Of a DNA stretch of 64,000 nucleotides, positions 46,623 through 56,471 are shown in pieces. Below the pieces are notes generated by a model. It made no database searches. It was not told where the DNA came from and saw nothing but the letters and a program-made list of their open reading frames with translations. This DNA is from Gemmatimonadota bacterium (lineage in GTDB: Bacteria; Gemmatimonadota; Gemmatimonadetes; Gemmatimonadales; Gemmatimonadaceae): assembly GCA_026387915.1 (NCBI GenBank), contig JAPLKS010000011.1, positions 97,145 to 161,144 on the forward strand, written 5' to 3'. Every line of letters starts with the position of its first letter. Positions within the stretch are counted from its first letter, which is position 1. Both the position numbers and the translations under genes were made by a program.

Positions 46623-47516
46623 TTACTCGTCCGCCAACTTATAGCCCTTCCCCTCATTCACCACTCGGCCCCACGGGTGCGTCGCGTCGTGCTCGAACAC
46701 CGCCAACCAGCGCTCCGCGTCCATCTGGGCGAACAGCTCGCGCTTGGACTCCAGCGTCACGAGCGGCTCCACGTCGTAGCCCATGATCCAAGGCAGCGGC
46801 AGGTGGTAGGACGTTGGGCAGACGTCCGCGAGGAAACAGGCCACCTCCCCGCCTCCGTCGATCACCACGCTCTGATGGTGCGGCACGTGCCCCGGCGTGC
46901 GACGGACCGATATACCCGGCACGATCTCGCGATTGCCGTCGATCATGTCAAAGCGCCCTGCGGCAATGATGGAATCCCAGTTCACGCCAAAATAGCTCGC
47001 ACCGGTGCGCTCGTTGGTGTGCGTGGCATAATGATGTTCGCCGGCCTGCACCACATACCGCGCGTTCGGGAAGGTCGGACGCACGACCCCCGCGGCATCA
47101 ATCCACGTGTTGCCGCCGGCATGGTCAAAGTGCAGATGCGTGTTGATCACGAGCGCGACGTCTTCCACCCGGTGACCGAGGGCATGCAGCCCGTCTTCGA
47201 GCCAGGTGCGTGCCACGCCATCCGGCGCACTCCCGACATTCACGATGCCGTACATGTCTTTGAACTTCTCGGTGTCCTTATTTCCCGAGCCAGTGTCCAC
47301 GAGCACCAGCCCGATATCGTGCTCAATGAGCAGGCAGCGCATTCCCATCGGGATGCGGTTGCGCGCATCGGCCGAGATGCGACGCTCCCACAATGGTTTG
47401 GGCACCACACCGAACATCGCACCGCCGTCGAGCATCAGGTCGCCAGCCTGAATGGCGTGCACGCGAAAACGACCAACAGAGCGGGAGACAGGAGCGGGCG
47501 GCTGTGAAGGCGTCAT
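46623..47516 (-). CDS. MBL-fold metallo-hydrolase, AHL-lactonase-like
   Basis: HLHFDHAGGN zinc motif, LVDTGSG, PGHVPHH. Confidence 0.8.
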   Translation of the reverse strand: MTPSQPPAPVSRSVGRFRVHAIQAGDLMLDGGAMFGVVPKPLWERRISADARNRIPMGMRCLLIEHDIGLVLVDTGSGNKDTEKFKDMYGIVNVGSAPDGVARTWLEDGLHALGHRVEDVALVINTHLHFDHAGGNTWIDAAGVVRPTFPNARYVVQAGEHHYATHTNERTGASYFGVNWDSIIAAGRFDMIDGNREIVPGISVRRTPGHVPHHQSVVIDGGGEVACFLADVCPTSYHLPLPWIMGYDVEPLVTLESKRELFAQMDAERWLAVFEHDATHPWGRVVNEGKGYKLADE

Positions 47517-47624
47517 GGGGCGCGTTTGGACGTGGTGATGTGAAGGCCGTGGTGCAGGAACTGCGGTCTATGCCGAACGATATCGCGCGAGCTGCACTCA
47601 ATCTATTTGAATCGCGTCAACCAG

Positions 47625-48326
47625 CTACGCGCCGTCTGCGCCATCCCCCGGCGCCGGCAGGGCGCGACGACGACGGCGCGCGACTCCCGTTCCACCGGCG
47701 AGCATCCGCTGCAACGCCTCAAACGTGTACACCCCCTGCCGTTCCGCGTCCTGCAGCAGCGCCAGCAACACCTGCGCCGTGGCGCGGGCATCGCCCGCCG
47801 CACGGTGCCGGTGCTCAATCGTCACGCCGTAGTGCACGCACATCGCGTCGAGGTTGCGGCGGGGTAAATGCTGGAGCAACCGCCGCGCGAGGCGCACGGT
47901 GCACAGCTGCGCCGTGGCCAACTGCGACAACGGATCGGCCGCTCCGAGGACGGTGGGGGCGAGCCGCCCAAACTCGGAGGAGAGAAAACCCCAGTCGAAC
48001 TTGGCGTTATGTGCCACGAACACGCGTCCCACCAGTTGCTCCGCCAGTCCGCCAGCAATCTCGTCGAAGCCCGGAGCGTTCCGCACCATCGCATCGTCGA
48101 TCCCCGTGAGACCGGTGATAAAGGGAGGAATCGAGCGCCGAGGATTGACCAAGGAATGGAACGCATCGCGCACCACACCTCGCTCCACGATGACTGCGGC
48201 GACCTCAGTCACGCGATGCCCAGCAAGCGCGCTCCCGCCCGTGGTCTCGACGTCCACAACAACAAAGGGCACCTGATCAAAGGCGGTGCCGTCCTCTGGG
48301 AGTGGACGCTGAGGTTGGTGAGTCAC
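47625..48326 (-). CDS. DnaQ/DEDDh-family 3'-5' exonuclease (Pol III epsilon-like)
   Basis: FVVVDVETTG (Exo I), VFVAHNAKFDWGFL (Exo II), HRAAGDA (Exo III). Confidence 0.85.
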   Translation of the reverse strand: MTHQPQRPLPEDGTAFDQVPFVVVDVETTGGSALAGHRVTEVAAVIVERGVVRDAFHSLVNPRRSIPPFITGLTGIDDAMVRNAPGFDEIAGGLAEQLVGRVFVAHNAKFDWGFLSSEFGRLAPTVLGAADPLSQLATAQLCTVRLARRLLQHLPRRNLDAMCVHYGVTIEHRHRAAGDARATAQVLLALLQDAERQGVYTFEALQRMLAGGTGVARRRRRALPAPGDGADGA

Positions 48327-48375
48327 GTCAGGAGGTTACGGGAGGGATTGCCGCAAAGTGCAAGTGTATTGTAAC

Positions 48376-48393
48376 TTGTGAAATCATTCACAA
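48376..48393 (+). promoter_or_regulatory. Rex operator (perfect inverted repeat TTGTGAA-N4-TTCACAA)
   Basis: TTGTGAAATCATTCACAA ends 5 nt before the rex ATG. Confidence 0.8.
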
Positions 48394-48398
48394 GCGGA

Positions 48399-49031
48399 AT
48401 GGCCTTGAAACACATCGCCGAATCCACCGTCCGACGTCTGTCCGACTATCTCCGCTTCCTCGAGGAACTCGAGGCGCAGGGGCAGCAGACAGTCTCCAGT
48501 GGCGAGCTTGCCTCCCTCGGCGGAACCACGTCGGCGCAGGTCCGCAAAGACCTGTCGTTCTTTGGATCGTTCGGCAAACGTGGCCTCGGATACTCTGTGA
48601 CGGCCCTCTCTCGCTCACTACGAGAAATCTTGGGGCTTGAGCGGACGTGGAAGGTGGCGATCATCGGTGGTGGCAAGATCGGCCGGGCGCTCGCCCAGTA
48701 CAATGGCTTCCGCGTGCGTGGCTTTGACGTGGTGGCGGTGTACGATATCGACCCGGCACGCATTGGAGTCTCACTCGACGGCGTTGTCGTACGCGACCAA
48801 CGCGAACTGGACGCCGATCTCAAGACGCTCGCCGTTGATATCGTGTTGCTCGCCGTCCCCGCCGAGGCCGCGCAGCCGCTGGTGGACCGCGTGACGTCGG
48901 CTGGCATTCGCGCCATTCTGAACTTTGCGCCGGTGCCGGTACAGGCCGCGAGCAACGTCGCGGTGCGCAGTGTGAACATGGCCCTTGAACTCGAGTTCTT
49001 GGCGTACGAACTCGTAAACCGGGACGCGTAG
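48399..49031 (+). CDS. rex: redox-sensing transcriptional repressor Rex
   Basis: MALKHIAESTVRRLSDYLRFL...GELASLGGTTSAQVRKDLSFFGSFGKRGLGY...IIGGGKIG. ATG 48399 preferred over GTG 48378, which lies inside the operator. Confidence 0.92.
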   Translation: MALKHIAESTVRRLSDYLRFLEELEAQGQQTVSSGELASLGGTTSAQVRKDLSFFGSFGKRGLGYSVTALSRSLREILGLERTWKVAIIGGGKIGRALAQYNGFRVRGFDVVAVYDIDPARIGVSLDGVVVRDQRELDADLKTLAVDIVLLAVPAEAAQPLVDRVTSAGIRAILNFAPVPVQAASNVAVRSVNMALELEFLAYELVNRDA

Positions 49032-49097
49032 CGCTCCTTCCGAGACGACGCCGAACGCCCGTTCGCGCGCGCGTTCCGGCTCGACATCCCGCGTGTG

Positions 49098-49895
49098 TTA
49101 GCTTCGCGCGCGCAGCAGTCGAGCAAAGTCGTGCGGCGACAACACCTCTGGGCGTAGCATCGGATTGATCGCAGCCTTGCCGAGGAGTGCGGCCGCGTCC
49201 TCCGCTCCCCCGCCCCACAGTTCGCGCACCACGCGCGCCATCTGTTTGCGGCGCATGCCAAACGCCCCCTGCACCATCACGCGGAACGGTTCTTCTTCAT
49301 CGGAGTTGATGACCGGCGTGTCGAGCGGTTCGATTTTCAGCACGGCACTTTCCACCTTGGGCGGCGGCGTAAAAGAGCCGGCCGCGACCTTGAACAGAAT
49401 TTCCGCACGCGCAATGGCCTGCACGTTTGCGGAGAGCGCGCCATACGCCTCGGTCCCAGCGGCCGCGACCACCCGCTCGGCGACTTCGCGCTGCACGAGA
49501 TAAATCGCGCGCCGCGGCCGCACGCGGCGCAGCGCGTGAAACAGAATGGGCGTGGTGATGTTGTACGGCACGTTGCCGGCAAGGAGAAAATCGTCGGTGC
49601 CCGCCGCGGCGGCGAGCGGTACGTCGAGCACATCCTTATCAATAATCGAGAGTCGCGGTTCGTCGGCGTAGGCATCGCGCAGGCGGCCGGCGAGGTCGCG
49701 GTCAATCTCAATGGCCACCACGCGTCCGGCGCGCTGGAGAAGCTGCTCGGTGAGCGCGCCGCGTCCGGGACCGATCTCCACCACGGTGTCCTGCGGCGTG
49801 GCCTGGAGCGCATCGGCGATGCGCGCGAGGATGCGCGGATCGGTAAGAAAATGCTGGCCGAGGTGTTTGCGCGGCCGCGGAAAGTTATCGCTCAC
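49098..49895 (-). CDS. rsmA: 16S rRNA (adenine1518/1519-N6)-dimethyltransferase
   Basis: PRKHLGQHFLTDPRILARI...VVEIGPGRGALT. Trimmed to GTG 49895, after the upstream stop at 49906. Confidence 0.9.
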   Translation of the reverse strand: MSDNFPRPRKHLGQHFLTDPRILARIADALQATPQDTVVEIGPGRGALTEQLLQRAGRVVAIEIDRDLAGRLRDAYADEPRLSIIDKDVLDVPLAAAAGTDDFLLAGNVPYNITTPILFHALRRVRPRRAIYLVQREVAERVVAAAGTEAYGALSANVQAIARAEILFKVAAGSFTPPPKVESAVLKIEPLDTPVINSDEEEPFRVMVQGAFGMRRKQMARVVRELWGGGAEDAAALLGKAAINPMLRPEVLSPHDFARLLRARS

Positions 49896-49905
49896 GGGTT
49901 GCGGC

Positions 49906-51213
49906 TCAGTTCCGGAGCACGACGATCGCTTGATCGTCGGCCGGCACGCCGCCCCCCATGTGGCCTTCGAGCAACGCGAATACGCCGTCAACGATGCGCG
50001 ACGGTCCGTCGCGCCGCCGAGCACGCGCCACCTCGAGCACCTGCTGTTCGCCGAGCACCTTGCCGTCGTCGTCGCGTGCATCGCTGATGCCGTCGGTGAA
50101 CAGCAGGAGCACGTCGCTGCCGCGGGTCCACGCGGTTTCGGCTGTCGTCGGCGCCTTGGAACCGAGCCCGAGCGGTGCGTCGGAAGCAGCGAGTCGCTCG
50201 GCGGTGCCGTCAGCGCGCAACACAAAGGCGTGCGGGTGTCCGGCATTGGCGAATCGCACAACGCCGGCCGCGGGGTCTATCACGACGTAGCAGATGGTGA
50301 GGAACATCTCGGTCTGCCGCAGTTCGTCGGAGAGGCTCTCGCGCAGCGCATCGAGTGCGGCGGCCGGGTCGAGATGCGACTGCGCGTGGATCGCCATCGC
50401 GCTCATCGTCAGCGCCATGATGAGCGCGGCCTGATAGCCGTGACTCGACACATCGCCAATGAGCACGCCGGTGCGCCCCTGCCCCAGCTTGAACAGCTGG
50501 TAGAAATCGCCACCGACATGTTCCGCAGGCTCCACACGCGCCGCGCACTCCGCGTCCGGCGCGAGCGACGACGGCGCAGGCAGGAGTCGCATCTGCAACT
50601 CATGCGCCATTTGCATTTCGTGAGCGAGGCGCTCCTGAGCCACCGACGCTGTTACGAGGCGGTCAATCTGAATTGCGGTGCCAATCTGCGTGGCGATTGC
50701 AGCCAGCAGTTTTTGGTCGCCGGCACTGAACGGCTCGTTGCCGCGCGGCGCCGACAGCGACACCACGCCCAATGGGATGCTCCCCTGCGGCGTGGTCCAG
50801 AGCACGGGGACGGCGAGCATCGCGCCACGGCGCACAAGCGCCTCGCGGGCACCGCCCGGCTCGTCGGGCGGGGCGAGATGCGGACGCCGCTCGCGAAAGA
50901 CTCGCACGAGAATGCTGGTCTCGTCGTCCACGGCCACTGGAGGCAGGGCGGCCGCATCGGCGCCGAGCACGGCCACCGGGTGCAAGAGGCCGCGTGGTGC
51001 ATCGTGCACATAGATCGCGCCCAGGCCGGCGCCTACCGTGTCGCAAATCTCATGTAGGATGGTCGCCGCAGCATCCGCGAGCGTGACGGTACGGCCGAGG
51101 ATCTCGCCAATAGAGTAGAGGAGATTGATTTCCTCCCAACTCTCGGTGAGTTGCCTCGCGGCCAGTTCGGCCTCTCGCCGAAGCCGCTCCACGTCTACGC
51201 CGTGCGCGTTCAC
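49906..51213 (-). CDS. GAF-domain PP2C (SpoIIE/RsbU-type) serine phosphatase
   Basis: GAF-like N-terminal half. HVGGDFYQ...GDVSSHGYQAAL...LLLFTDGISD. Confidence 0.85.
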   Translation of the reverse strand: MNAHGVDVERLRREAELAARQLTESWEEINLLYSIGEILGRTVTLADAAATILHEICDTVGAGLGAIYVHDAPRGLLHPVAVLGADAAALPPVAVDDETSILVRVFRERRPHLAPPDEPGGAREALVRRGAMLAVPVLWTTPQGSIPLGVVSLSAPRGNEPFSAGDQKLLAAIATQIGTAIQIDRLVTASVAQERLAHEMQMAHELQMRLLPAPSSLAPDAECAARVEPAEHVGGDFYQLFKLGQGRTGVLIGDVSSHGYQAALIMALTMSAMAIHAQSHLDPAAALDALRESLSDELRQTEMFLTICYVVIDPAAGVVRFANAGHPHAFVLRADGTAERLAASDAPLGLGSKAPTTAETAWTRGSDVLLLFTDGISDARDDDGKVLGEQQVLEVARARRRDGPSRIVDGVFALLEGHMGGGVPADDQAIVVLRN

Positions 51214-51638
51214 GGACGTCGCAGGGTGAGGCGCACGACGTTCCCGCCGTCGCTGAAGCGTTCCACGTCATCCATCAGGCGGCGCATCAGAAAGAGACCA
51301 CGCCCGTCTTCGCGCCAGAGGTTTTCTTCGGTGGTGGGATCATCGGTGCAGGCCTCGAGGTCGAATCCATCGCCTTCGTCGCGCACCTCGAGCACTAAAA
51401 CACTCGCATCCACGTGGGCGCGCACATGCACCGAACGATCGCGCGACTCGCGGTTGCCACGCAGAATCGCGTTCGACAGCGCCTCCGTGAGCGCGACCGG
51501 GACGTTCAGCGCGAGATGCCGACGGGGAAAGTCCGCCGCCGCACAGCGGCGGACGACTTCGTCCACGATATCCGTGATGTACTGGATATCGCTGGGAATG
51601 CGCACGTCAAGATCGGCGAGCGCCGGCAACGCCTCCAC
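51210..51638 (-). CDS. anti-sigma-factor-type serine kinase (RsbW/SpoIIAB-like, HATPase_c)
   Basis: N-box TEALSNAILRGN and G-box VRDEGDGFD. Confidence 0.85.
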   Translation of the reverse strand: MEALPALADLDVRIPSDIQYITDIVDEVVRRCAAADFPRRHLALNVPVALTEALSNAILRGNRESRDRSVHVRAHVDASVLVLEVRDEGDGFDLEACTDDPTTEENLWREDGRGLFLMRRLMDDVERFSDGGNVVRLTLRRP

Positions 51639-51971
51639 TCAGAAACTCTCGAGAGCGCGCTCGCGCGACTCGGAGATCTGGAACAGCGTATCGAGTTTGG
51701 TGAGTTCGAACAGGGTCTGCAGATCTTCATTGAGATTGGCGAGGCGAAGATCGCCGCCCATCTCACGGACCTTCTTGGACATGGACACGAGGACGCCAAG
51801 GCCAGAGCTGTCGATGTAGCTCGTCCGGCCGAAGTCGACCAACACTTTGCGCGCGCCCTTATCGAGTTGCTCAAGCACCTTCGACTTGAGCTCCTGTCGA
51901 TTGCTGACAATCAACTGCCCCTCAACTTCGACGATATTGACGTCGCCGTGCTGCGTAACCGTGAAGGTCAT
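51639..51971 (-). CDS. STAS-domain anti-anti-sigma factor (RsbV/SpoIIAA-like)
   Basis: MTFTVTQHGDVNIVEVEGQL...SYIDSSGLGVLV (phosphorylatable Ser motif DSSGLG). ATG 51971 with an SD preferred over GTG 52001. Confidence 0.85.
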   Translation of the reverse strand: MTFTVTQHGDVNIVEVEGQLIVSNRQELKSKVLEQLDKGARKVLVDFGRTSYIDSSGLGVLVSMSKKVREMGGDLRLANLNEDLQTLFELTKLDTLFQISESRERALESF

Positions 51972-51997
51972 TGGGATCGATCCTCGGAGGAGGTGCG

Positions 51998-53011
51998 TCA
52001 CGCACCGCTGGGGGGTGCCGCGGCGCGCGTGGCCTGCATGGCCGTGACGACCGCTACGTGAAAGATGGCATCGGCGTCCGCTCCGCGCGAGAGATCAGAC
52101 ACCGGTTTCGCGAGTCCTTGTAACACCGGACCGATCGCCATGGCGCCGGTGAGCCGTTCCGTGAGCTTGTATGCAATATTCCCTGCGTCAAGCGATGGAA
52201 AGACCAGCACATTGGCGCGACCGGCCACCGTGCTCCCTGGCGCCTTGCGTGCGGCCACATCCGCGATGAGCGCGGCGTCGCCCTGCAACTCACCGTCGCA
52301 GGCCAGTCGCGGCTCGCGCTCGCGCACCATCCGGAGCGCCTCGCGGATCACCGCAATAGAGCCCGCATCCCCACCCGAGCCCATGGTGCTGTAGGACAAG
52401 AAGGCCACGCGCGGCTCGTCGCCAACAATGCGGCGGCGCGCCTCCGCCGCGGCAAGGGCGATGTCGGCCAGCTGTTCGGCCGTCGGCTGCGGGACGACGG
52501 CGCAGTCGGTGTACGTCAGCACTTCGGCAGTCTGACCGCGAAAGGGCGGAACGCACAGGTAGAACGCGCTCGACACGGTCCGCACGCCGGTCGCCGGCCC
52601 AATGAGCCAGAGTGCATTGCGAATGACGTCCGCCGTCACGCGCACGGCGCCGGCCACGGCGGCGTCCACATCGCCCGCCCGGAGCAAATAGGTCGCAAAG
52701 GTGAGCGGGTCGCGGGCCATGCGCTGCGCATCATCGCGCGACAGGGACTGCTTGGCACGCAGCTGCACTAGGAGGTCGGTCAGCGAGTCCACGCGCGGAT
52801 CGGCGGACGGGTCCACGCATTCGAGGCCCGTGGCGTGGGCTGCGGCATGCCCGTGCTTGGCGGCCGGATCGAGCACCAACACTGGCGTGGCCACGCCCTC
52901 GCGCTCCAGCCGCACCGCCGCTTCGAGGACGCGTGGATCAGCCGCTTCCGAGAAAGCGACGCGCGCTCCGAGCTGCGACGCACGCGCGCGGAGCTGCGCG
53001 AGGAAGCTCAC
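51998..53011 (-). CDS. pta: phosphate acetyltransferase (short PTA_PTB form)
   Basis: [16 protein letters not shown]...SGGDAGS...[12 protein letters not shown]. Confidence 0.85.
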   Translation of the reverse strand: MSFLAQLRARASQLGARVAFSEAADPRVLEAAVRLEREGVATPVLVLDPAAKHGHAAAHATGLECVDPSADPRVDSLTDLLVQLRAKQSLSRDDAQRMARDPLTFATYLLRAGDVDAAVAGAVRVTADVIRNALWLIGPATGVRTVSSAFYLCVPPFRGQTAEVLTYTDCAVVPQPTAEQLADIALAAAEARRRIVGDEPRVAFLSYSTMGSGGDAGSIAVIREALRMVREREPRLACDGELQGDAALIADVAARKAPGSTVAGRANVLVFPSLDAGNIAYKLTERLTGAMAIGPVLQGLAKPVSDLSRGADADAIFHVAVVTAMQATRAAAPPSGA

Positions 53012-53499
53012 GTGCGCGGAAACTTCGCCCGAAGCGCCGCAGCGACCGTCGGGTGCACGAGGTTCGTGACATCCCCGTGGAAGCGCGCGATCTCCCGCAC
53101 CAAACTCGAACTGATATAGGTGGTATCGAGCGAGGGCACCATGAACACCGTTTCCATTTCTGGCGCGAGGTGTCGGTTCATCAGCGCCATTTGATATTCG
53201 TATTCAAAATCGCTCACCGCGCGCAGGCCACGAATAATGAGGCGCACACCACTCGTGCTCGCAAAATCCACCAACAATCCGCTGAACGATCGGACCTCCA
53301 CACGCGGATCATCTTCCACCGCCGCGCGGATGAGCGCGGTGCGTTCATCGACGGTGAAGACCGGTTGCTTGGACAGGTTTACGGCAACCGCCACGATCAC
53401 GCGATCCACAAAGCCGAGGCTACGTTTGATCAGGTCGGCATGGCCGTTCGTGATCGGGTCAAAGCTGCCGGCATACATCGCAACATTCGTGGTGGGCAC
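53008..53499 (-). CDS. coaD: phosphopantetheine adenylyltransferase
   Basis: [18 protein letters not shown]...ISSSLVRE. The start is either GTG 53499 or ATG 53478. Confidence 0.88.
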   Translation of the reverse strand: MPTTNVAMYAGSFDPITNGHADLIKRSLGFVDRVIVAVAVNLSKQPVFTVDERTALIRAAVEDDPRVEVRSFSGLLVDFASTSGVRLIIRGLRAVSDFEYEYQMALMNRHLAPEMETVFMVPSLDTTYISSSLVREIARFHGDVTNLVHPTVAAALRAKFPRT

Positions 53500-54029
53500 T
53501 AGGTCGCTCGGTAAATGGTGATGGCGCTGTCGCCATATCGACGCACATCGCCGCCATCTGGTAATGTCGCACGGGCTTCGTGCTCTACCCCGAAAATGGT
53601 GGCAAACGGCGCCGCTAGCCAGCACTCGGCCACCTGCGCGGCCAGTCCTAGGCGATACGGTGGATCGGCAAAGCATACGTCATACGCGCGAACCCCGTCT
53701 GGGGTTCGTAACCGCTCCGCAAAGCGCAGGGCGTCGCCCCGGTGCGTCGCACAGCGAGATCCGGCCTCAAGCCCCTCGACGTTGCTGAGCAGCACGCGCA
53801 ACGTCCGGGCGTCGGCCTCCACGAAATCGACCCATCGCGCCCCGCGGGAGAGCGCCTCGAGGCCGAGGGCGCCCGTTCCGGCGAACAAATCGAGCACGCG
53901 CGCGTCCGGCAACTCGTGCTGCACGATGCTCATCCAGGCCTCGCGCACACGATCGGCCGTCGGGCGCACGGGCCCGCTCTTGGGCGCGGCAATCCGTCGC
54001 CCGCGCCATTCACCGGCAATGATTCTCAT
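53499..54029 (-). CDS. rsmD: 16S rRNA (guanine966-N2)-methyltransferase
   Basis: [13 protein letters not shown]...[10 protein letters not shown]...[19 protein letters not shown]...DPPY. Confidence 0.9.
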   Translation of the reverse strand: MRIIAGEWRGRRIAAPKSGPVRPTADRVREAWMSIVQHELPDARVLDLFAGTGALGLEALSRGARWVDFVEADARTLRVLLSNVEGLEAGSRCATHRGDALRFAERLRTPDGVRAYDVCFADPPYRLGLAAQVAECWLAAPFATIFGVEHEARATLPDGGDVRRYGDSAITIYRAT

Positions 54030-55729
54030 CGAAAATCAGAGACGGCGAGTTGCAACGAGGATCGCCCGCGGTACTCGTTGCGTTCGAGTTTGCAGGCGAG
54101 GTCCAGCACGACGCCGGGGCGCACCTCTCCCGCTCTCGGCGCGAGCCCCCATCCCACCGCCTCAAGCGGCCCTGCCGGGCCATCGACGGTGAACTTCAGA
54201 CCGTCCGCGCCGATCTTGGTGGGCGACGACGCGACGCGCACGCCGCGTATGGCGAACACGGGACCCGGATTGCCCACACCAAATGGCTCGAGGTGGCGGA
54301 GCACCTTCTCGAGATCGTCGGTGGCGTCCGCGAGCGGCAACTCGAGATCGACGCGCAGATCGCGGACGAGGTCGTCCGGCGTGAGCTGCGCACGCGCCAC
54401 CTCGTTGAAGCGCTCGGCAAACGCCGGAATCTGCTCGGGTGCCACCGTGAGCCCCGCCGCCGCACGGTGGCCGCCGTGCTTCACGAGGAGGTCGGTGCAT
54501 GCGCTGAGGGCGGCGTGCAGGTCGAAGGCGGCAATCGAACGGCCGCTTCCCTTGCCCACGCCGTCCTTGACGGCAATCAGGAAAACGGGGCGTGCGGTCT
54601 GTTCCACCACGCGCGACGCCACAATCCCAATCACCCCCGCGTGCCACGACGCATCGGCCAGCACAATGCCCCACGTGGAGTCGAGATCGAGCGCGTCCAC
54701 GCGCCGCATCACGTCGTCGAGCATGCGGCGATCCATCTCCTGACGCTCGCGATTCATCTCTTCGCAATGGCGCGCGATCGCGTTGGCCTCATCGTCGGTG
54801 TCGGCCAGCAGCAGCTCAACACCGCGAATGGCGCGATCGAGCCGCCCGAGGGCATTGAGCCGCGGCGCGAGAATGAATCCCACCCGTCCTGCCGTGATGT
54901 CCTTGCCTTCGAGGCCGGAACTCCGCACCAGCGCGCGGATTCCCGCACTCTTGGATTCGCTCAGGAGCGCCAGCCCGCGCCGCACGAAGATGCGATTCTC
55001 GCCCCGAAGCGGGGCCACGTCCGCCACCGTCGCCATCGCCACTAGGTCGAGCTGATTGTAGACGACATTCTCGTTGCCGCCCATCTCGCGCGTGAGGGCG
55101 AGCGCCAACTTGAACGCCACGCCGACGGCGGCCAAATCTTTATCCGGATATTCGCAATCCACACGGCGTGGGTTCAGCACGGCGTATGCGGGCGGCAACG
55201 GGCCGCCCGGGAGATGATGGTCCGAGATAATGAGATCGATGCCGGCCGCTTTGAGTTCTACTGCCGGTGCATGCGCGGTGGTGCCGCAATCACAGGTCAG
55301 CAACACCGTTGCACCGGCCGCTTGGGCCGCCGCCACACCAGCCGCGCCAAGATCGTAGCCGTCTTTTTGACGATCGGGAATAAACGGCACCACCTTCCCA
55401 CCGAGCGCTCGCATCGAACGGGTCATGACGGCGGTGGAGCACATGCCGTCCACGTCGTAGTCCCCGTGCACGAGAATCGTTTCGCCGGCCCGCACGGCGC
55501 GCGCGAGCCGCTCAACCGCGCGTGGCAGATCCTGCATCAGCGCGGGATCATGCAGTTGTTCGAGTTGCGGCCGGAGAAACCGCTTGGATTGTTCCACGTC
55601 CCCGTATCCGCGTGCCACTAACAAGCGGCAGAGCGGCAACGGAAGTTTGAGCGTGTCAGACAGCGCCCGCGCCGTGCCCTCATCGGGTGACGGCGCGTTC
55701 GTCCAGCGCGTGGCCGGCCGCGCTCTCAC
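54026..55729 (-). CDS. recJ: single-stranded-DNA-specific exonuclease RecJ
   Basis: ILVHGDYDVDG...DHH...GGHRAAAG. Trimmed to GTG 55729 (GTGA overlap with the upstream stop). Confidence 0.9.
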   Translation of the reverse strand: MRARPATRWTNAPSPDEGTARALSDTLKLPLPLCRLLVARGYGDVEQSKRFLRPQLEQLHDPALMQDLPRAVERLARAVRAGETILVHGDYDVDGMCSTAVMTRSMRALGGKVVPFIPDRQKDGYDLGAAGVAAAQAAGATVLLTCDCGTTAHAPAVELKAAGIDLIISDHHLPGGPLPPAYAVLNPRRVDCEYPDKDLAAVGVAFKLALALTREMGGNENVVYNQLDLVAMATVADVAPLRGENRIFVRRGLALLSESKSAGIRALVRSSGLEGKDITAGRVGFILAPRLNALGRLDRAIRGVELLLADTDDEANAIARHCEEMNRERQEMDRRMLDDVMRRVDALDLDSTWGIVLADASWHAGVIGIVASRVVEQTARPVFLIAVKDGVGKGSGRSIAAFDLHAALSACTDLLVKHGGHRAAAGLTVAPEQIPAFAERFNEVARAQLTPDDLVRDLRVDLELPLADATDDLEKVLRHLEPFGVGNPGPVFAIRGVRVASSPTKIGADGLKFTVDGPAGPLEAVGWGLAPRAGEVRPGVVLDLACKLERNEYRGRSSLQLAVSDFR

Positions 55730-56430
55730 GCCTGGTAGTACATCAGCACGCCGCAGGCCTCGCACAACTCAATGACGCCAACGGCGGTCACCACGTGGCG
55801 CCGCTGCATGGGAATCGACGTATCGCAGTTGCCGCACGACATACCGCGCATGGCAAACACGGCTTCGGTGCGCTTGCGGCTCCGGATGCGGTCGTATTTG
55901 GCCACGAGCGCCGCCGGTACCTTTGCCGCCGAGGCATCGCGGGCGGCCTTTGCGACGGCCATTTCGCCGTCAACCTCCGCGCGCTCCGCGGCCACTTCAG
56001 CGCGAGCCGTCTCCTGCTCGGCTTCAATCGCCGCCAGTTCGGTCTGCTGCGTGTGCAGGATACCGCGCGCTTCATCAAGCTTGCGGTTGATGACGAGCAG
56101 ATCGCTCTCCTCGGTGGCGACAATCCGGCGGGCCTGTTCCATCTGGGCCACCGCGGCCGTTGCCTGCTTCATGTTCGTCACCGCATCCATCTGCGCCTGA
56201 TTGCGCTCGATGAGCTGCTTGTGCTCCGCGATTTTATCGCGCACGTACGCCTGCTTCTTTTCCTCTGCCGACATCGCGGCGGTGCTGCGCGCCACGGCGT
56301 CGAGCGAGCGCTGTCGGCGCTGATCGAGTTCACGAATGCGCGGTTCAAGCGCGGACAGCCGCGTTTCGAGCCCGCCGATCACCACGTCATCCGCCTGCAA
56401 TTCCAACAAGGCTTCGAGATCCGTCTGCAC
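55726..56430 (-). CDS. coiled-coil protein with C-terminal C4 zinc ribbon (COG1579-like)
   Basis: Long heptad region, then CGNCDTSIP...ELCEACGVLMY. Confidence 0.8.
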   Translation of the reverse strand: MQTDLEALLELQADDVVIGGLETRLSALEPRIRELDQRRQRSLDAVARSTAAMSAEEKKQAYVRDKIAEHKQLIERNQAQMDAVTNMKQATAAVAQMEQARRIVATEESDLLVINRKLDEARGILHTQQTELAAIEAEQETARAEVAAERAEVDGEMAVAKAARDASAAKVPAALVAKYDRIRSRKRTEAVFAMRGMSCGNCDTSIPMQRRHVVTAVGVIELCEACGVLMYYQA

Positions 56431-56471
56431 TACCCCTCCAGGAAAGTTGCCCGTGCCCTACCTGTCACCCC

